A stretch of DNA of 63,768 bases, the filler included, from Collodictyon triciliatum (taxonomy: Eukaryota), in assembly GCA_043381765.1 (NCBI GenBank). It is 5 parts of 5 records of this genome, joined end to end, with 100 filler letters (N's around TTAATTAATTAA, not from the genome) between each part and the next. Parts side by side here need not be neighbours in the genome. Positions count along the whole stretch, not along the records: positions 1 to 13,245 come from JBHJMP010002018.1; positions 13,346 to 26,587 come from JBHJMP010002019.1; 3 more parts are not named here. One strand, given 5' to 3'. Below, piece by piece: positions 1-23,562 of this stretch. The notes under the pieces were generated by a model. It saw nothing but the letters and a program-made list of their open reading frames with translations. It was not told where the DNA came from and did not search any database. How positions within the stretch are numbered: the first letter of the stretch is position 1; the number at the start of each line of letters is the position of its first letter. A program made the translations under genes and the position numbers.

Positions 1-1550
1 AGAAAGTAGGGCTTATAATATAGGGAAATCAGCGGCCAACTATCAGACCGACTCACTCCACGCCCAAGAAATTGGACAAGAAGGAACACAAAGATACCTA
101 GGAATCTACAAAGACCAAGGAAACCAAATAGCAAAACCGAAAAAGACAGGGACGCAAGAAGAGATGTATATGTGAATCAAAAAAAAAAAACTATGCACGA
201 CAAACCTAAATGTCAAACACCTCTTCCAAGCAATCTATGAGTTTGCTCTATCAGTTCTAAACTACCATATCTGATTTGTCGACTTTAGCATGGGTGAATT
301 CAAAGATGGATTTAATAGTAAGAAACTTCCTGAAGAGCGAAAAAGTCAACTTTAAAGCTGCAAGCATACAAAGACTCTACTTACCCAGAAATGAAAATAG
401 AGTGGGGCTTGCCAGCATTGAACACAAAGCAGAAATATTGCTCATAAACTTCTGCCGCTACCTAAGCGGCATCTCGATGAACCACAGGAAAACAGCTTTC
501 CTCATGATGCAGAGAAAAGAAATATCCCCACTCGCTCATATTAAGGAAATACTAGCGGCTGAATACCCGAGGCTTGAACTCGAAAAGTTTAGCAACACGA
601 AGCTACAGAACACTCAAGTACAACACCTAAAAGAAAGCGACAGAAAGAAAACACTCCACTCCCTATTCTACAAATCCCTAGAGGAGAACATCCAAAAGAA
701 ATATTCCAACAAATGGCTGACGAAAGGAATCAGTTCTCTGAGGGAAGGTGCTACATGGTTTGCCCTACAAGATGGCTATGTATCCTTTAATAACATAACA
801 AAATACAACACTTCTGAGATACAAAGGAACCTTCCCCACGTAGCAGGAACATACACTCTTAACCCACCACCCTCCGCTAGGCACCATAACGAAGTAGTCT
901 GATGCATCCTCAAACACCTAACCCTCAAATACAACTTCTCAAAAGACGAAAGGCTCAAAAGGCACAGAATAATAAAATTAATAGCAAACCAAAACGCCGC
1001 GATACACTCTAACTGCGACTTTGACCCCAAACTCCACACAATCGCTATTAGACCTGACCTAGAAGTCCACGGTAAGATTCACAAAACCGTACACATAATT
1101 GATCTGGTGGTAGTAATGCCAGGAAAACAAGCCAAAAAAAAAAAAAAGAACAAGAGAAAGTAAGTATGTGACCCTAAGGAGAGACCCAGCCAAGAGATAC
1201 CACATGAAAGCAGTAGTGCTCCCATACATCACCCTCTGGGACGGTAATGTCACCAAGAAAACTCGGGTATCAGAGGCATCCTGGGCATAACTGACAAAGT
1301 ACACGAATGTATCTAGAAAGTGGTAATGGGTGAAACTATGGGTATAGTATTCAGAACACCCAACAACAAAAATGACTGGAAAAATTAGAGAATGCATGAA
1401 AACATATTTGCCAATAGATTATCCAGACAGGAAAGCGACTACCAACGAAGAACTCCCCAAATCCCATCCCTGCAGAAGATTCCTTCTGGACTACTTGCGA
1501 GAATCAATAGGATTCCAACTTACTCAAGACCACTGAATAAAACTGGAAGT
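1..1550 (+). mobile_element. Decayed non-LTR retrotransposon (3' part: RT thumb region and restriction-like endonuclease; R4/Dong/NeSL-like RLE type)
   Basis: Fragments 'QRYLGI' (~90-107), 'SIQRLYLPRNENRVGL' (matches the RLYLPRxxGGRGL motif), 'RHHNEVV' (RHN/D motif) and 'IRPDL' (PD-(D/E)xK-like). Stops and frameshifts are present, there are no introns, and AATAAA lies near 1536. Confidence 0.75.
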
Positions 1551-2759
1551 AGTTAACTTTGTGATAAGTGTGGTAGGACGCTACTGTGGAGCTGATGTTG
1601 TATGCCCTGCAACAATAATCTATACCGCCCTCATCTTTCGCCCCTCCTGGGTGGCAGATGATTCCAAATGGCGCATGCCTGTCATTCTTTGTTGTTGCGT
1701 GTGCAGGGACGTGTGTGTGTGTGTGTGTGTGCCGCGTATAGCACCGGTCGCTACTTTGTACATGCGCCGAGCAGATTAAGCACTGCCAGTGTCATCCGTG
1801 GTCGTTGAAGACCGCCGAACAACACTGCTACTCTCGAAGAAGCAAAATTCCAGGCCGCCATATACCCACATCACTGTGCAGCGTCTGCCTGAAGTACATG
1901 ATTCTCCTTGCATCGTGGAAGCCGTTCCGAAAAATTAATCGTCGTGCTAGCCCAATAAATACGTGACTGGAGTGTCAACTTGCTGCACTTCTCACTTGTG
2001 GTTGCCGAGCGTCCGTATCAGTTTATGTCGGCCTTGTCTGTGGTCAACACGCCACGTCACCTGGCTGTTTCAACACCCTTTCACACTTTGGAGCATGCGA
2101 TCCGTTCTGTTTGTGCTGCTCTGCGTACGCTATGTGTGGGCTCGTTTTATAAGTACAGCTGCAAACAAGATATCGTGTGTGTGCCCTCTGCGCGATGCAA
2201 ACGGTTTCTGTGTGTGTTTGTGTTTGTGGGACTGTCCTTGCAGTACTTGGCCGCCCGGGGCATTTGCTCCGCCGCAGCGAGAAAAGCCGCATGGTAACCC
2301 GCGGGCACGAGGCCCTTGTGGGTTTTGCTCTCGTAAGCTCTAAACTCATGTAGTCATGTGCCGGCATTGCTGCGTGGCATCCCGATGAATTAACAAACTT
2401 ACTGTTCTTGTAAACCGTGATGCCAGATGGCCAAGGACCTAGTCAATAGGATGTTTGGCCTATATATGAAGTCGACGCGCTCTCCACAGTTTTTCACTTG
2501 TGGTTGTACAATTATGGGCACATGCAGAGAGGCAGAGATCTAGTGAGCAGCAGCGCTTATTGAGTCAGCTTTGTCTCTTTGTCCCAATGTGTTATTGTCA
2601 TATGGTTTAGTGTCGGTGCGATTATACCAGCTTTGACATTTCCTACCTGCCCTGGCCACATGTTAGTGGACTGAGGGCGGCAGAATCGTGGGCTGGTCAC
2701 TATCGACACCGTTAGTTTGCTCTGTGAAGAATTAGATGAGGCAAGCGTATCGATTCAGA

Positions 2760-3200
2760 CGCATGCCACATAGGAATCTTCACCTGTAATTAGGCATTGA
2801 ACAATGTTGTCAGAAGGAACGCTCTGTCCATTGCTTTCTACAAATACAGGATGTTATTCCAGCCGTCTTCATAGTGAATGTGGGTGTCGGTTCTTTTGGT
2901 ATGAAGTCGACATGGACATTGAACACGAATGACTGATTATTTTTATGATGCTGCCAGAAGGTTTCTCGCTGTGAACGAAATCTCGGAAGAGTTTTGACTT
3001 GATTGGCCCATCATGGATATCACCCCAAGCTTCGATATCTTCCTGGGCATTGTGATTCCAATACATCCCCAGGGCAGCAAAATATCAACTCCACACAAGG
3101 CAAGTGTGTTTATGGGACATTCTGCGAGCTTCCTGTGGCTTGTGGGCTTATCCAATTCTGGAGTTGACATTGAAGGGTTGCAAACATCTTCACTGTGAGC
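2760..3200 (-). mobile_element. Possible highly decayed CACTA/EnSpm-like transposase fragment
   Basis: Minus-strand fragments in different frames: 'LAECPINTLALCGVDILLPW', 'WGDIHDG', 'SFVFNVHVDFIP'. They resemble the order Y.P..L...G.E..L..W / DI.DG / L.LNVDWF.P of Transposase_21-type proteins. Weak, by-eye match. Confidence 0.3.
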
Positions 3201-3594
3201 AAATCCTTGGTTGCGATACGACTCCGCGCTTATCCGCCCTAAATCTTGGGCGATATCTTGGGCGACAAGGCATGACGAAAAACAAAAAACAAAAAACAAA
3301 AATAAAACAAGAAAGTCGACGTTTTTATGAACAAGGGGAGAACACAAGTTCTTTGCTTTATTTCATTTCGGCACCCTGATATGTGTGCCTTTGTTAGTTC
3401 AAGTGAAGAATCTATGAGCCTGCAATTATCACGTTACACACTCCGGCTTACAAATATGTGTGACTCCTTCCTCACCCAAGTGGATGTATAATCATTTCAT
3501 TTTTTTAAAAAATGTTGCAGAAGTATGATAGAAGTAATAAAAAAAAATAAAAAAAGGATTTATCAAATAAAGTCAGTGGTATGAAATAGTGCCA

Positions 3595-9711
<6,117 letters not shown>

Positions 9712-9800
9712 CTCTTTGTTGGTGAAGTGTGAGAGTCAGTTTTTCTTTTCTTTTTTCTTTTAAAGTTTTGTTTCGGCTGATTATAACAATTCGTGTCTTG

Positions 9801-9881
<81 letters not shown>

Positions 9882-10902
9882 GTGGTTGCCATTCAACTCG
9901 CTTGTGCTCCATGGAAAAAGGAACTAAGGAGAAACGCAGTCAACAAAAATGACTATCCCTTTATCCTTTTTCCTTTTTCTTTTTCTTTGTCTTTTTTCTG
10001 AGAAGATCTGCGCTGGTCTATGCAGCTTTTGCTATGCAGGCGAGGTGTCATGGCGCTTGGTGCTGCTGGTGCCACAAGCCGAAATGGTACGAGGCTCGCC
10101 TCTTTGCTCCCACCAACAAGCAACCTGAAAGCCAGCGCGTTGCAGTTGAGGTGAAGGAGGAATCCACAATGCGACTTACATCCGTATATTTATCTATCTA
10201 TGCGTGGCAATTACCACTCTGGCCCCACGGCTTCTCTGTCTGCAGACGAAACGCAAAGGCAACGGCGCAGTGACGTGCTTCAGTTGCATTTGGCGCTGTC
10301 TTTGCCCGCCGGCTTTTGACAAGAAACTTCACAACGCAACGCGCAAAAGCAACCGCAACGCCTCGTTCGTCTTTGAAACAGAAAGGAAAAACGCGTTGTT
10401 TCTGGCTCCAGAATGTATTCATACCATATTGGTATATACGTTGGGCTCAAAATAGTAGGGGTTGTTCTTGCAAAGAATGGGGCTGTGCAAAAGGGATTAT
10501 CTTTTAGTATATCATGTATATATGTTTATCTATAATCGACTCTATTAATATTTGCACCTTTTGAATGCAGATATATAAAGCAAACAGATAATCAAATTAA
10601 ATTCCGCATATAGAAGTATTTTTCTTTTTCTGGTGTAATCGGCGGTGCAAAAAAAAAATCTCATTTCTGTGCTTATCGTTTTGACAACAACCTGTTGTGT
10701 AAAGATTTTTTTTTTTTATTCTTCCTTTCAGCACCCTCTGTGTAAAGATATTATTCCTGTGAGAAGGATGGAATGGTCTGGCTACATTCTCATGTTTTCT
10801 CTTGGTGGCTACTTTTATCGGGGCGTATTAATGGATTCTACATTAACTTAAGCTGTTGCAGCTGCGGCTCCTGGGTTCTAAAAGGCTGCATCTTTTTCTC
10901 AA

Positions 10903-13135
<2,233 letters not shown>

Positions 13136-13245
13136 CTAAAAAAAAATAATGTGAATTCAGTAAAAAAACAAAAACAAAAAAAACAAAAACAAAAACAAAA
13201 AAAACAAAAACAAAAAAAAACAAAAACAAAAAAACAAAAACAAAA

Positions 13246-13345
13246 NNNNNNNNNNNNNNNNNNNNNNNNNNNNNNNNNNNNNNNNNNNNTTAATTAATTA
13301 ANNNNNNNNNNNNNNNNNNNNNNNNNNNNNNNNNNNNNNNNNNNN
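13246..13345. other. Artificial contig spacer (44 N + TTAATTAATTAA + 44 N)
   Basis: Six-frame-stop linker inside an N run; identical structure at three other positions. Confidence 0.97.
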
Positions 13346-13570
13346 TTTTTTTTTTTTTTTTTTCTTTTTCTTTTTTTTTTTTTTTTTCTTTTTTTTTTTT
13401 CTTTTTCTTTTTTTTTTTTATTATCGTTTTTTTTTTTTTTCTTTAAAAAATTTTTAAAAAAAACCCCCCCCCCCCCCCCTCTTCCATCTATGCATTAACC
13501 TTTCTTTCGATTTCTTTTTTCTATTCTTATTTTCAATTTCCAATTACAAAAATATCTGCATACTTGTCAG

Positions 13571-16500
13571 TTGCCATCGACGTATCCAACGTAATGTTGA
13601 GAGGCACAGTTCTCAGGAATACAGATTATGTCTATGGAGTTGTGATATTTACTGGGCAAGATACAAAAATATTCCAGAATTCGAGAGCTGTTCCCTCGAA
13701 AAGAAGTCATCTTGAGAAGCAAATCAACTCCATGCTCATCTACATTTTCATCGGGTATTGAATGAGATGGCTATGACACCGCAAGCATGATAAATAAACA
13801 GATAAATACATACATAAATGCAACATTTTTTTTTGGTATATGGTAATTGTGCCTCTCAAAAACAGAGAAATCTCTTCTTTTTTAAAAAAATTTTAAATAA
13901 TAATACAGACTTGGCCTTCTATGTCTATACTTCATGATTGCGCACATACTTTGGGTTGAGCAGCACCAGTCAGTAGCGTTTCTTAATTCTTTCTCATCAA
14001 ACCATCATCTCCTCCCTACATAAGTTTTACAATATCCTTAGATAAGCTTAGTGAATATAATTATAACCTTATGTTCACTTGTATGTCATTTCGATCTTAT
14101 ATATAGGTATAGGATAACCATTTTCGCAATCTCTATTTTATCATACATTACATTAGGGAGGACGTTTGGTACCTAGATAACCTTTCCTTTGATAGAGGGA
14201 TTAACAGCTCCTCCTCATTTATCACATTCTTAATTCTGTACAACAATCTGACTCCGATATCATTATATGTTTCCATGGAATTTGTGAGGTATTTTTGATT
14301 TATTACCTCAGAATACATCTATCTAAACACAAAATCGGCTAAAATAAAGTATCCTTCAAGATAAATATCTAAATATATTCTACCTTTATATTAATCTGCC
14401 TATGAATCCTGCTTAGACTCTACCAAGCAAAGTTCATAGACCAGGACTTAAACATGTACCACGTCGAAAAGGATACCCCAGCAAAGGCCCGTACATCTAA
14501 TCTGAACGAAGAACTAGGTCAAATTCAATATGTTCTGTCTGATAAGACTGGAACACTCACTTGCAACGAAATGCGGTTCTCAAAATGTTCCGTTCGAGGC
14601 CAGCTCTATTTTATGAGCCAAGATAACGCTCCAAGTAGTCCCCAACCTCTTCACGACCAGGTGAGCAATTTACACACTTTTTTTTTTTGCAGCAAAGCAT
14701 TTATAAAATGAAACATTTACGCATGTGTGTGATTATTTATGAACCAACCAACAAATATATCATTCAGGAATTGAGCGCTCCTCCTGGTTCAGCATACATC
14801 AGAAATAGCCACGAGCACGCATATGACGAACAATCAGATTTCATTCACGCTGCAAAGAAGAGATCTGAAATGACCCATTTTTTTCTTCTCGTTTGTGCTT
14901 ATATTTCACGACTTTATACTGTTTTGTCCTTTCAACATATCAAAGAGTGTTATGCAACATGAAAAATTTAGCACTTTTTTTTTAATCAGAATATGCTATA
15001 ATCTTGAACTAAATTCGTATCAGGTGATGTCTGTATGTCATACTGCTATTCCATCTAGAAAACGAAGGATTCAAAATAACGCGGATGACATTAGTCATGA
15101 AATTGAATTCCAATCTCCAAGTCCTGACGAAGTTGCCTTGTTAAAGTATTGTCCTGTGAATACCGTATCTTGACTGTGATGTATATAATGTTATGTCGAG
15201 TAGTTGTTTGTCATGCTTAAAATTTCCAACTCTTAGTGCTGCAAGAGAGGCAGGATACATTTTAGAGGAGCGTACTCAATCGTCCAGTTTGTGTTCAATA
15301 TTAAAATTTAGAAGAAAAATTACCCATGCGTGACATCCGTTTCTTTTTTATTTTTATGACAAGGACAAAAAAAAAATAAATAATCAGAAACAAAGTGTTT
15401 CGTTGTAAATGTGAAGGGTTTAGAATAAATCAGATATACTCACTTAGTATTATCTAACCAATGTTCTTATTACAGTTATTCTGAGAGTTCATGGCGAGAG
15501 AATTGTGTTCCAGGTTTTGAATATTAACGAATTCAATAGCACAAGAAAAAGAATGTCAATCATCGTGAAATCCCCTGATGAAAGAATATTTATGTTCTGC
15601 AAGGTAATTACTCTAAATAGCATACAGTCTCGTTTGATTATTTATACTATGCGCATGTAACACATAATGGAATAAATTTATTTCAAGCAAAATACTGAAA
15701 ATCAATATTTTTTTCTGATTCAGCATATTTCCTGACCACATTACTGAGATTAAAAAAAAACAATAATATGCATTAATTAGGGTGCTGATACTGTCATGAT
15801 GGAACGTATCGCGCCCAACCAACCATCACATGCCGAGACCATGTCCCATATTGATGGATTCGCTGAGGAGGGGCTTCGAACCCTTGTCCTTGCTATGGTA
15901 AAACCCTAATATCACAAATGAACCGTACGCATTATATATATTTGCTAGTTGAACGGCTCACATTTTCTTTTGCTATCAAGGCTGAAATAGAGCAGGATGA
16001 TTACAGTGAATGGAGCCAATTATTTACCTCTGCGAGTACATCATTATCAAATCGGCAAATACACATGGACGATGTAAGAGCGGAATACCATTCTGTGTCC
16101 GGTTTTATAATTTTTCTTTCATCTTTTCTTCTTTTTACATGATGAAAATTTATGGAGAAAATTACACTACCCGTTCGTCTGGAAATAAAAAAATCCTCGT
16201 AACCAAAAATATGTCGTGCCTCGGCATTCCTGGTAAAGGTGGCGTCTCTAATTGAAAAAGATATGGTTTTGTTGGGAGCAACAGCTGTCGAAGACCGTCT
16301 TCAAGAATCTGTGCCTGAAACAATTCAGACATTGATGCGCGCCGGTACTGTCACATTATAAGTTTTGAATATCTTACTTTTACTCAATATTTGATATGTA
16401 TCATTCTGTCATGCTTGCTTAGCTTTTTCACATCACATTTTTTGTGAGTCAAGGTATTCGTGTATGGATGCTCACTGGTGATAAGCAAGAGACTGCAGTC

Positions 16501-19500
16501 AACATAGCACATTCGACAAGATTGTTTCATCAAGAGATGCACATTATAAAAATCAACACCACTGATGAAGGAAAGCTAATGAGTGCAATCGGTGCAGGAA
16601 TTAAAAAATTTAGTGAGCAGTATGAAAAGGTTTCATACTTTCTATAGAGCAAAATACATATCTTTACTATTATCTGTACCCTATAAGAATTCATTTTCCT
16701 CTGTTTTTTTCTCATGTTGCAATCATTTTAATACTGATTCACTTGAAAAAAAATTGATATATATATATATTTAGAACGATACACTATTTGGTCTTATTGT
16801 GGATGGATCTACACTCCAAGTAATTCTGAAAAGAAAAGATATTCAAATAAAATTCTCACGTTTGATGAAAATTTGTACGTCTGTTGTCGCTTGCCGTGTT
16901 AGGTAATGCCCTGAATTTTAATTATTTGTATAATCAATGTTCATTACACACGCACAAGGACCCTGTCTCTTCTTTCTTTTCCTTTCTTTTTCTTTTTCTT
17001 TTTCTTTTTCTTTTTCTTTTTCTTTTTCTTTTTCTTTTTCTTTTTCTTTTTCTTTTTTTCTTTTTTACTTTTTATTTTTTTCTCTATCTTGAGTAACTAA
17101 TTATTTGAATAACTTTTCTTAGTCCTTCACAAAAGGCAGAAATTGTAAAGCTGGTTCGATCATCTGCAGACCCTGAGGTAAAAAAAGCTTTAGAAATATG
17201 AAGAAAATAACGATAATCATAAAGGATTATTTCAGAATTGAGTGTGAAACTATATAATTTCCTTCTGTCAAGTACACACTGAAATGCCTTTAAATTTTCG
17301 AAATATCATGTAGCCATTCACCCTCGCAATCGGAGATGGTGGCAACGATGTGAATATGATACAAGAGGCGCATATTGGCGTCGGTAAGCAAGCAATACGC
17401 GGCTGAAACTTTCACCTGATTCTTTACTTTGAAAATACTAAATTAATCTCGTTGAAAATTTACCTTTCACTTGCTTATATTTGCATTTCAGGTCTTAGTG
17501 GAAAGGAAGGAATGCAGGCTGTCCAATCAAGTGACTTTGCCGTGGGTCAATTTCGGTTTCTCAAAGATCTTCTATTGGTAGATCCCTTTATCATTATCTA
17601 TTTACATTCACTTAACGAGTCGGTATGTTGTATATGACGCGACAAAATCTTTTTGGGACACATATTAGCTTCCTTTTTAACTCAAACGATCAAGGTTCAT
17701 GGAAAATGGAATTACTACCGCATGTGCAAATTCGTTCTTTACTCGTTTTACAAAAATGTCACCTTTGTTTGCGTCCTTATTCTTTTTACGATGGACAATG
17801 GATACTCTGGAACTACATTATTTGATAGTTGGCTGGGTGCTGGATGGAATGTTGTATGGACATTTCTTCCAGTTATTGCCTTTGCAATTACAGATAAGGA
17901 TTGTTCGTAAGTTACATTCTGATTTAAGGTCAACTTATATTAATTTTCATGAAATATTACAAGCCTTGTAACCTAATCCGCCCTTAGCCGAACGCTTCTG
18001 AACCTACTTCCTCATTTGTACATGTACGGTCCTTTTGGAGTAAGTTGGACAATAGCGAATTCACTTGAAAACTACACTCGCAATAGAGTGCAGCCGATAG
18101 TTATTACCACGAATTTATTTATTCTCTATTATTTTCTTCGATTATCTTATTTGGTCGCAGATTTCTATAAATGAGCAAATAGAAACTTAATTCGAGTAAG
18201 GCATATGTCCTTCAAATAATCCATGCACGATTTTTTATGGGTTTTAATATATACCTGCCTAAATCAGATGGGATTTTCACTTGAAATATTTGGAAAATGG
18301 GTCCTGAGTGGGGTGGTTCACTCCATCATAATCTACTATGTCGGAAAGAACGCATTTAATGTAATTGTTTTCCTTTCATGAATAATCTCTGTATATACCA
18401 ACCTTTTATTAGCATCAATTACTCACTCCACTATGATTTATGTAATTTTCAGTCAATTATCTCTTCGAAGGGTTATTCAGATGGGATGTATATGTATGGG
18501 ACAATAATAAATTGTGCATTAATGCTTGTAGTCAACGCAAAGGTTTAGAAACTATTCAAAAAATCTTTGACTCATTTTACCTTTGAAAAGAAAATGATAA
18601 GCCTTTCTTCTGTGTCCATCAAATTACCCTAAATTTTAGATTTTGATGGAGTCTGTGTCATGGAATGCAGTGTTTGTGGGATCCGTTTTCCTTAGCGTTT
18701 TATCCTGGTTCCTTTTCGTTGCTGTATATTCATTCACATTTGCAATAAGTCCGGATTTCTACCACGTAGGCGTAGAAATGTTTTCAAGGTCTGGGAGCTA
18801 ACATTCATGTAATTGCATCTCTTTCTTAAAAATTGATGCATCCAATCAACCATCATTACACAATAGAACTGCATTCTGGATTGGGCTGCCATTGATCCCC
18901 ATCGTTTGTTGTATCGTTGAAATATCCATTAAAGTGTAATAGTCCTCATCGCTTTTTCTATTTTGTCCCTCTGTTTTCATCAAGCCTCGCCTCTATCATA
19001 CCAAATTATATCTAGAGTGGTCAACACTACCCTAATTTTCCTAATTTAAGATTACATTCGTCTATACGGCCATCCCCGATGGATATCTCGCGCGAAATAG
19101 AACATTTCAATTTGTATTATTAAATTAATATAATGAACACATTTTCACTCTTGGCTTAATCCCATCGCATGACATGTCTGATTAAGCCACATACACAGAC
19201 TCCCTCACTTGAAAAGAATCGTGTTGAGCCCTATTGAAGTTGAGCATGAACAACCTGCAAACCGCTCTCCCAGAGTTGCATTTTCCTCCGAAATCACTGA
19301 CGCAAACGGAATTAAGAGGTCAATATAAAGCCTTTTTCTACTTAAATTCATTTCATTTTTTTTTTTTTTTGTAGAATACAAAACCAATAAAAGGGAAACG
19401 CTCCAATAAATTAACTTCGAACAATTATATATAAATAATTACCAATATAGGAGCCTTAGCACCCAAGAAGAAATGGTTATTTATATTTCAATTCGAAATG

Positions 19501-19681
19501 AATAAAAACGTATTTGTATTAGAACATATATATTCATAATCATCTTGACAAAAAGAGAAAAATTCCAAAAATAATTTAAAAATAAACAAAACGAAAGTAA
19601 ACCGGAAGCATAAACGAAATCGAATAAAAACTGTTGGGTATATGTACATAGATGACTATTAAAATTTATCCCACTTTTGTC

Positions 19682-19780
<99 letters not shown>

Positions 19781-20484
19781 TTTGTTTCTTAATTATAGGA
19801 CCGGCAACCAGACGGAACCCAAACAGAACTCGGGGACATCTCTGAGGACAGTGCACAACTTATCTTTCGGTCAGAAATGAGCCGATTTTCGCTTGAATTT
19901 ATCAACGATACAAAATTAGAAAAGCACTTTCGGGTATTATGAGCGTTCACATGTTATTCATAATTTTTAGATATGAATCGATGCGCCATATAAGACATCT
20001 CTCCTCTGTTTTTCATTTCATATCACTTATGACTCTCTGCAAGACAATTTCTAAATTACATTTTACAAAATCACTTAATTGACCAATTTTTTTTTTTAAA
20101 AAAAAACGCTCGCAGTACTTCCATTTCTCTGTCTCCTTTCGATTGACTCGTATCGTCTGGCTGCTGGCATATTTGCTTTATTTCCTTAGTTTCCTTCTGT
20201 ATTTCAGAAATAATGAACATGGGAGAATTAGTTCTTATGGAAGAATCCTTACCATACTTATTTCTGGTAGGTTTTAAACGCATTACAATTTTTTTAGGAG
20301 CAAAAACATGGAATGAATATGAAACTATTTTTAAATATAATAGGTGCGTATACCAATTATGTTTTTGCGGTAACGAGGAAGAAATACTACCAGGAGACCG
20401 TTGGCGGAGCCTTTATAATTGGCGCTATCGTTATGGTGGCCATCAAATTACTGTGGAAACATATATTCAAAGAATCATAAACAC

Positions 20485-20580
<96 letters not shown>

Positions 20581-23531
20581 CAATATCCGCTTCCTTTTTT
20601 TTTTAACCCTTCCCTTTGCCCAGAGCCTACTTTAACTAACGTTTTTTGATTGTAAAAAACAAGGAACTGATCACTGAGAATCCAGAAAGACTTCTCTTCC
20701 AATCAATAACTCCATTATTTGGATTTATTGCTGGCGGATTACGGTTCAAATATGCATTGCCACTTGTTCTTGTCCACCAGATCATCTTCTTTATAGAATC
20801 ATTGTAACAATTCCATATGTTTTGGAGAATTTTTGAAAGCGAGTATATAAATTAGCTTCTCACCTTTCTAAACTTGCTAATATGATTTCACCTGGTGAGT
20901 CCATCATAGCTTCTAAAATTTTATCTTATCTGGGCGTTGCATCAAGATCCTCTGGTGTCAACGTTGTCCTTGTAAATTCCATTTTTATCTTCCTGATTAC
21001 TGGAATATCTGGATATGGAGCCTACTTCAGCGAAGTGTCGATGAGGCGAGATTTCTTATTACAACAGAAACTTCGTAGAGAGAAAAAAGTCACAAGGGTA
21101 TGTGTTCATATTTCTCTGATCTGATGACGTAGACATTATGTCACATACATCCATCGAAAAACTTTATTCGCTTCAAAGCTGAGTTATGTTGATTAATCCT
21201 TCTTTTTTTTTCTTTTTCCTCTAATTTATGTAAAGGATATTCTTGAGAATATGTTACCATCATTCATCGTCAACAAAATGCAGGATGGTGCGCGAGTGAT
21301 TGCAAATAACGAGGTTGTTCTTTCTCTCTTTTTTTTTTTTTTTTAAAAAAAAATAATAATAATTTGTTTGAAGTATTTCTACTTCACTGAACCCAATCAA
21401 ACATGTAACGATCCGCACACCAGCACTCAATATGTCTCCTGGATGTTGTTACTGAAAATTCTTAATCGCCTATATCTAAAATTGCACACCATGTTATTCG
21501 TATCTAAAATAAGTAACTGCTCAAATATTACTCAGAAAAGCGTGTCCGTGCTGTTCTGTGAAATACAGGACTTTGCAGACATCGTGACTGACTCTTCTCC
21601 AAGTGAATTTGTTGCACTACTTGATAAGATTTTTGATCATTTTGACTTTTTGTGTGGAAAGTATGACGTTCAAAAGATCGAAACTGTTGGTCCTATATAT
21701 ATGGTAAGCTCGAAAATTGCTCTTTTGACGAATATGAACTTCTTTTCTATTACCATCCTCTTTTATTTAATTTTTTCAATTTAATTATTGTTCACTAACA
21801 ATGGTGGTTTTGCTAATCTTGGTTCAATAAGGCATGTGCTGGCCTTCAACATTCTGATTCGAACCACGCATTGGCTGTGACCAAACTGGCGGAAAACATG
21901 CTGGAAGATTGTCATAAATTCATTCGGACAAACGGAGAACCAATCAAGTGCATTTTTCACCTTATTTATCTTCTCATTGTATATCGTGTCTTTTTGCATA
22001 AGCTCTTGTCTGTGTATCCTTACGCTATCTTAAGGAACCATAATATGGTAAATTATCAACACAAAGCTACAACCTTAATTACATAATCAGTATTCAATTT
22101 ATCTGCTGTCATAGGGTGCGTATTGGCATAAACACAGGTCCTGTTGTGTCAGGTGTTGTCGGGAAAAAAAAACCACAATATTGCTTATTTGGGGATACGG
22201 TAATCGCACATGCACTATATTTGCTTAAATTGCTCAGGCTTTTTCTTCTCAAGGCGCTTACAGAGTCTCCTACCCAGGTGAACACAGCCTCTCGAATGGA
22301 ATCCACTGCGCCTGTATCATCAATCCAAGTGACTCCGTCGACCTTCAAATTTATCTACACTTCGTATACCGCTATCGAGAGACAAGTGATAAAGAGAATA
22401 AAATTTCTTGGGATTAGTGCCGAACTGACTATATCATTATCTTTATCGTATTTCCTCCTCCAATATCTATCGAATATTTATCCTTAGCCGTAATAGGTGA
22501 CTGTTAAAGGAAAAGGTCTAATGAAAACATACATCATTCGCCCAAAACTAAGAACTCAAGCCTCAGTAGCATCCAAAATGATCCGTTCACGAAAATCAAT
22601 TGTATTGTTTACTAGAATATTGATAATTTGAAGTCATACTAGTCATTTATCATCTTGTTTTGTTTCGTCTTCTTTTTGCCTTTTTTTTTCTTTAAAAAAA
22701 AAAAGAAAGCAAACCTCACCAAAGTCGACATATGTCTTAACGAAAACAAAATAAATGACAATTTTTAGGCGGCAGTCAAACAAAGGAGAAGTTTTATCCC
22801 AAATTTAATTCCTAAACACATATTTGAGGTATGATTGCTTTAAGGAACCTTATTTGATTATATCGGGAATTTATCCCTTCAGTTTTCCTTCATATTCATG
22901 CTAAGTGATTCTCTATAGGAAGAAGACTTGGTCGACGAATCAGAAATATATCCGCTCTCTTTGCTTTTCAAGTCTAGAGACTTAGAACAAGCATACAACA
23001 GCGAAATCAAAGCTACTTTATTCAAGAACTTCCGATATAACCTCGTCCTCTTTATCCTTCTGTATGGCTCTACTCAGATGAACAATGTGATGCAGCACAA
23101 GACTTTCCATATTCTGTTTACTGAAGTCTTTGAGCTATTTATTTCTATGGTTATCTACTTAATAGGATTGCAATTTACATCATGTATGAGCATGCGAATT
23201 CATCTGACATGAACATCTCATTGACAATTATCCGGCTTATTTTTGTTGGTATGCTTTTTTTTTTGGATGATATCTATTTCCTTTGTCTTCTTTTTTTATT
23301 ACATAAAATACAGAAATATAGTAACTATGAATGATGAAGATAGAAACGTATTCTTTGATATTTTTTAAACCGAAAATCATCAACATTTATATTTAAGGAT
23401 TTGGTTTGGTATTTGTGTTTATCAATCGAATGCCAAGATTGGAGGGATACCTATCTGAAATTGCGGCAGTTATGTACCTGTACCTCGGCATCATTCTATC
23501 GATCAACTCATCTGTTAAGGTAGAAATATAA

Positions 23532-23562
<31 letters not shown>

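Noticed and set aside
10034-10455. Small two-exon Cys-rich gene between the LRR and kinase genes
   Set aside because: An in-frame splice is possible but there is no recognisable motif; unsupported without RNA data.
13290-13301. TTAATTAATTAA as a biological palindrome or site
   Set aside because: It is always centred in 44+44 N and is a six-frame-stop assembly linker.
14349-14357. U12-type (minor) intron donor GTATCCTT; similar ATATCCTT near 24044 and 25592
   Set aside because: All lie inside ordinary GT-AG introns, not at exon boundaries required by the protein.
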